Shown: positions 60,766-63,982 of the stretch, piece after piece
Position numbering within the stretch: the first letter of the stretch is position 1
Layout: each line of letters opens with the position of its first letter
Virus record (IMG/VR): IMGVR_UViG_3300027573_000001
Coordinates: 1-63,982 of that record
Direction: 5' to 3' (one strand)
DNA length: 63,982 bases
From: a virus
Position numbers and translations under genes: made by a program
Notes under the pieces: model-generated
Databases searched by the model: none
What the model was told of the DNA's origin: nothing
The model's input: the letters and a program-made list of their open reading frames with translations, nothing else

Positions 60766-60854
60766 GAGAGGTTTAGTAACCCTACTGTGATGGACGCATC
60801 CTCCTTAAGATACTCATATAGTGGACTGTATACAGTTCGGCGAACAACTCTCTG
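60764..60854 (+). ncRNA. Closed structured element 3a (starts inside the CCA of tRNA-Val)
   Basis: CAGAGAG (60764-60770) pairs with CTCTCTG (60848-60854), plus 2 more pairs past a bulge. Inner ACTGTATACAGT hairpin. Confidence 0.35.
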
Positions 60855-60857
60855 AAT

Positions 60858-60951
60858 GTAGAGTACGCAGCATAGCTGTGGACCGTAGGGGAAGGTACCC
60901 CCACTCAATAGGTACAACGGAATCTGTGAGAGAGACACAGACGTACTCTAC
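60858..60951 (+). ncRNA. Closed structured element 3b
   Basis: GTAGAGTACG (60858-60867) pairs with CGTACTCTAC (60942-60951). Inner GGGG..CCCC and TCTGTG-AGAGAGA-CACAGA hairpins. Confidence 0.4.
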
Positions 60952-60954
60952 TCT

Positions 60955-61012
60955 TTATAATATCTTTTATCTTAGAATTCGCTTTGCACAGGGCCTAGCT
61001 CGCGCAGCGTAA
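60955..61012 (+). repeat. Dispersed motif copy E (core TTGCACAGGG 60984-60993; CGCGCAGCG 61001-61009)
   Basis: Read directly; upstream of ATG 61041. Confidence 0.85.
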
Positions 61013-61040
61013 TTCGTAGTACTACCAAAAGGATAGCGTA

Positions 61041-61322
61041 ATGCCAATAGAAATCACTAAAATAGATATTCAGCCAGAAACTTTCTACGACGAAGAGACA
61101 GATGAAACCTTTGAATTGCCTGCACGTATTGCTCTAAGTGGAGAGTGTGACGTACATAAAGTAGGGGCTTATGTACCTATTAATGCCTCATGGGCATACG
61201 ACGATCCCAAAACTATGAAATTACTGACCAATCGCCTGCTATATTATATGAGACAAGAAGGCTGTACTTGTGTAGATAATCATCCAGATTATGTACCGCC
61301 AGTAGTCGACGCTGAACGCTGA
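61041..61322 (+). CDS. Hypothetical acidic protein
   Basis: AAAGGA SD; ORF track. Confidence 0.5.
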   Translation: MPIEITKIDIQPETFYDEETDETFELPARIALSGECDVHKVGAYVPINASWAYDDPKTMKLLTNRLLYYMRQEGCTCVDNHPDYVPPVVDAER

Positions 61323-61339
61323 ACGTCAGGGGCGCGATT

Positions 61340-61612
61340 ATGAGTAACTATCTCAACCAAAATGTATTACGAATAGCATCACATAAAGGAAGACAAAAAA
61401 GCTCACTAGCTGATATATACAAACAGAAGTACCGTAACTTAAACGGGCGGCGAAAGAAGCCTAGTAAGCTACCTAAGAGCAAAGAACGAGAAATATTCTA
61501 CACCGAAACAGAATACAATAATATACCAAAGACTTCTAATGCACTACCGAAAAGACATATCGACGAAACCTTTGAGGAATACTACAACAGAATACGAAGT
61601 GGAATTGTATGA
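61340..61612 (+). CDS. Hypothetical basic protein
   Basis: AGGGG SD; ORF track. Confidence 0.5.
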   Translation: MSNYLNQNVLRIASHKGRQKSSLADIYKQKYRNLNGRRKKPSKLPKSKEREIFYTETEYNNIPKTSNALPKRHIDETFEEYYNRIRSGIV

Positions 61613-61634
61613 GTTAGGGGCGTAATCGGATAAC

Positions 61635-63982
61635 ATGAAGTTAGCCGAATTTCTGGAAGAAGTAGTAACTGGTGGAGAGGGCTGGTTTAACCTTTGCCAC
61701 GCGAAAGCTAATGGTACAGGATGGAAAGAAGAGTGGTTCAGATACCCTAATCAGCTTAACGATATATGTAGTAGAATAGGCCAGCTAAAAGCAGAAAATG
61801 TATACTTCTCACCGTACTTGTTTGAGACGAAACAAAGTACAAAAGAGGCTGCGATTGTCGGTCGGACTATAGTCGCCGATCTAGACGATGCTAATGTATT
61901 AACTATTCAACCACGACCTAGTATACTTGTGCAAACAAGTGCTGGAAGGCATCAAGCATATTGGATACTAACTGATGCTCTTTCTCGTAATGCTCATGAA
62001 CACCTTAGCAAGCGCATCACTTATGGTATTCCTGCTTGTGACCGTACAGGATGGTTTATCGGCAAAAGGGTTCGCGTTCCTGGAACTAACAATTATAAGT
62101 GGGATCGTGACAGTGATATCGTTAGAGTGCTTCCTTCAACACATAAACAACATACAGCGGCAGACTTCCAACACTTACCAGAAATCCCTACACGATCAAC
62201 TAATTCAAATGAAGAGGCTGGAGACGCAGATAATTTTATTAGAGACGCGCTTACAGTCAGTAGCGGCCCTCAGGAATTCTTAGAGAAAGTACGCAGCAAG
62301 TTACCACCTAAAGTAGTTACACAGTATAACTTTGAGGCAAGGGACCGTAGTGCTGCACTGTGGACACTGAATATAGCAGCTTTCCGTGCAGGACTAAGTT
62401 CTAAGGAAGTATTCTTCTTAGCACGAGGTAGTGCTAATAATAAGTTCACCAGTCTCCGATTCAACGGCGATGTTGAATTGATGAAGGATGTTCTGCGTGC
62501 ACAACAACAAGTGTACAGCGAGCATATGTCTGGTGATTACAGAGAAAAGATTAAAGAGATTAGGCGGTTTCCAGGATTGGGACACGAGAAGCTAGCTTAC
62601 CTTGCACAAACAGTTAGAGAGAACATGAAAGCTCGCGGACAGTTCATCAACTGTGCCGATGGTACTTCATGGTTCATAGACAATGTACTTGGTAAGCCTA
62701 TGGCGGTTCTAGCTCGCTCAGAAGCTCTACAAACAACACTGGATGCATGGTATGGACTCAATCCTATTGAACGCGAATCAGCATACACTATTGGTCACTT
62801 ATCGTCCTACGTAGCTGGTCTGCCTCCTGTGGGTAGACTCGCTGCGCTATCCTACTATGACATGGACACGAATGCACTGTACCTGCATACTGGACGCAAG
62901 GAAGTTCTCAGGGTTACTTCACGAGACATTACTACAGTTACAAATGGCTATGACAGCTTAGTATTCCATTGGGCATCTTTAAATGAAACAATTAATCCTC
63001 ACTACAAGCACTATGACACTAAATGGGAGGATATTCTCTTCGAGAACGCTTTAGACAATATGATAGGATTGAAGATAAGTGAAGCTAAAGCGTTGCTCAA
63101 AGTGTGGATGCTTATGCTGTTGCTCAGAAGCTCTGTCGTCACGCGTCCTATACTCTGTATCTTTGGTCAACCTGGTGCTGGAAAAAGTACTTTATTCAGG
63201 CGTGTATATACTCTTCTTTATGGGAGGGGTCGCAGCCTTTCTAGTATTACTACTCCTGATAACTTTGATTACGCAACGGCTTCTGATCCTTTGGTAGTAT
63301 TTGATAATGTTGATACATGGGAACGGTGGCTACCTGATAGACTTGCCCTCGCTGCGGCGGTTAGCGAAGTCAAGAAGCGAAAACTGTATACTAACAATGA
63401 CACAATTACTCTTACTAGACAAGCATTCATCGGTCTTACAGCCCACAACCCAAAATTTGGGAGAGAGGATGTTACGGACAGACTTATTATCCTCACTCTC
63501 GAACGACTCAAAAAGTTCGACAGCGAGACAGATATTCTAGGGTATATACATAGCAATCGTAGCACCATTTGGGGACTAATTATTCAAGACATCCAGAAAA
63601 TCTTAAGTACGGAAGTACCTGTTAGTGGATTCACAGACTTTCGTATTCAAGACTTTGCTCGTTACGGAGCTTGGATAGCAAAAGCAGTAGGTATATTAGA
63701 CGAGTTTAACTCGGCACTTGCTACCATAGTTTCGGAACAGAAGACATTTGCTATGGAGGAAGATGGCTTATTACTTGATGCACTGTATAAGTACTTAACT
63801 ATTAAGCACAACTCGAATGAGGAACAAGTATTCCGCCCGCCGAGTAATTGGTGGGCATTACTAGAGCCCCACTCTAGGGATATGCAGGCATTCCAGAGAC
63901 AGTACAAGAATGCTGTAGTTCTAGGAAAGAAGTTCTGGACGCTCCATGATGCAATGAAAGGAATGTTCTTTGTAGATTGGGA
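61635..63982 (+). CDS. Primase-helicase: RepB'-like primase/prim-pol N-terminal domain plus VirE/D5-like P-loop helicase (runs off the window end and continues at 1..257)
   Basis: Manual translation: VYFSPYLF, VADLDD, SAGRHQAYW, RVPGTNNYK. Walker A IFGQPGAGKST; Walker B PLVVFDNVD. No in-frame stop to 63982. Confidence 0.8.
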   Translation, partial: MKLAEFLEEVVTGGEGWFNLCHAKANGTGWKEEWFRYPNQLNDICSRIGQLKAENVYFSPYLFETKQSTKEAAIVGRTIVADLDDANVLTIQPRPSILVQTSAGRHQAYWILTDALSRNAHEHLSKRITYGIPACDRTGWFIGKRVRVPGTNNYKWDRDSDIVRVLPSTHKQHTAADFQHLPEIPTRSTNSNEEAGDADNFIRDALTVSSGPQEFLEKVRSKLPPKVVTQYNFEARDRSAALWTLNIAAFRAGLSSKEVFFLARGSANNKFTSLRFNGDVELMKDVLRAQQQVYSEHMSGDYREKIKEIRRFPGLGHEKLAYLAQTVRENMKARGQFINCADGTSWFIDNVLGKPMAVLARSEALQTTLDAWYGLNPIERESAYTIGHLSSYVAGLPPVGRLAALSYYDMDTNALYLHTGRKEVLRVTSRDITTVTNGYDSLVFHWASLNETINPHYKHYDTKWEDILFENALDNMIGLKISEAKALLKVWMLMLLLRSSVVTRPILCIFGQPGAGKSTLFRRVYTLLYGRGRSLSSITTPDNFDYATASDPLVVFDNVDTWERWLPDRLALAAAVSEVKKRKLYTNNDTITLTRQAFIGLTAHNPKFGREDVTDRLIILTLERLKKFDSETDILGYIHSNRSTIWGLIIQDIQKILSTEVPVSGFTDFRIQDFARYGAWIAKAVGILDEFNSALATIVSEQKTFAMEEDGLLLDALYKYLTIKHNSNEEQVFRPPSNWWALLEPHSRDMQAFQRQYKNAVVLGKKFWTLHDAMKGMFFVDW
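63856..63982. repeat. Terminal direct repeat (copy of 1-127)
   Basis: Identical sequence. Confidence 0.95.

Noticed and set aside
1-63982. Looked for integrase, excisionase, CI/Cro-type HTH repressor, transposase and toxin-antitoxin pairs
   Set aside because: None were recognisable by motif in any ORF-track translation. Lifestyle (temperate versus lytic) therefore remains open. Absence by eye is not proof, and an HMM search is needed.

Overview
The window is a complete tailed dsDNA phage genome. Its first 127 nt are identical to its last 127 nt, which is an assembly overlap, so the unit length is 63,855 bp. The primase-helicase gene (61635..63982) continues into 1..257.

Layout:
- **Plus-strand replication and nucleotide block (1-5.9 kb):** RHH-like and Cys-rich small proteins, an SNase-like nuclease, MazG-like protein, a UDG-like/exonuclease/family A DNA polymerase fusion, RuvC-like resolvase, and a DUF5664-like pyrophosphohydrolase.
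- **Minus-strand late block (5.97-36.6 kb):** holin-like protein, amidase, GH/SLT enzyme, tail fibre and baseplate genes, a 1745-aa tape measure protein with M23 and SLT domains, chaperones, major tail protein, and neck proteins. It continues with an HK97-type capsid, protease, portal, TerL and TerS. No sheath gene is present, so the virion is siphovirus-like.
- **Plus-strand accessory block (36.7-41.1 kb):** small genes and one beta-propeller gene.
- **Minus-strand island (41.4-45.9 kb):** compositionally distinct and GC-rich, carrying a UvrD-like helicase.
- **Control regions (45.35-46.94 kb and 49.89-50.93 kb):** two large paralogous non-coding regions flanking a minus-strand module of small genes.
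- **Second plus-strand replication block (50.9-63.98 kb):** SNF2 helicase, ThyX-like protein, Cas4-like nuclease, dCTP deaminase-like protein, AAA ATPase, DUF669-like protein and the primase-helicase.

There are three tRNAs: Ile-UAU (tentative), Leu-UAA and Val-UAC. I saw no integrase, CI-type repressor, reverse transcriptase, CRISPR array or transposase.

Most noteworthy observations:
1. Four ~90-nt perfectly closed multi-hairpin elements start right at or within 2 nt of tRNA 3' ends.
2. The twin non-coding regions are loaded with iterons, Gram-positive-type LexA-like GAAC-N4-GTTC boxes and AT-rich blocks.
3. A dispersed asymmetric motif (TTGCACAGGG plus a GNA mini-hairpin) occurs in about 10 copies.
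4. A six-gene cassette sits between the portal and protease genes. It includes a 1058-aa beta-propeller protein whose C-terminal half is encoded by about 28 tandem 60-bp repeats.

All functional calls rest on motif recognition by eye. No database search was possible.
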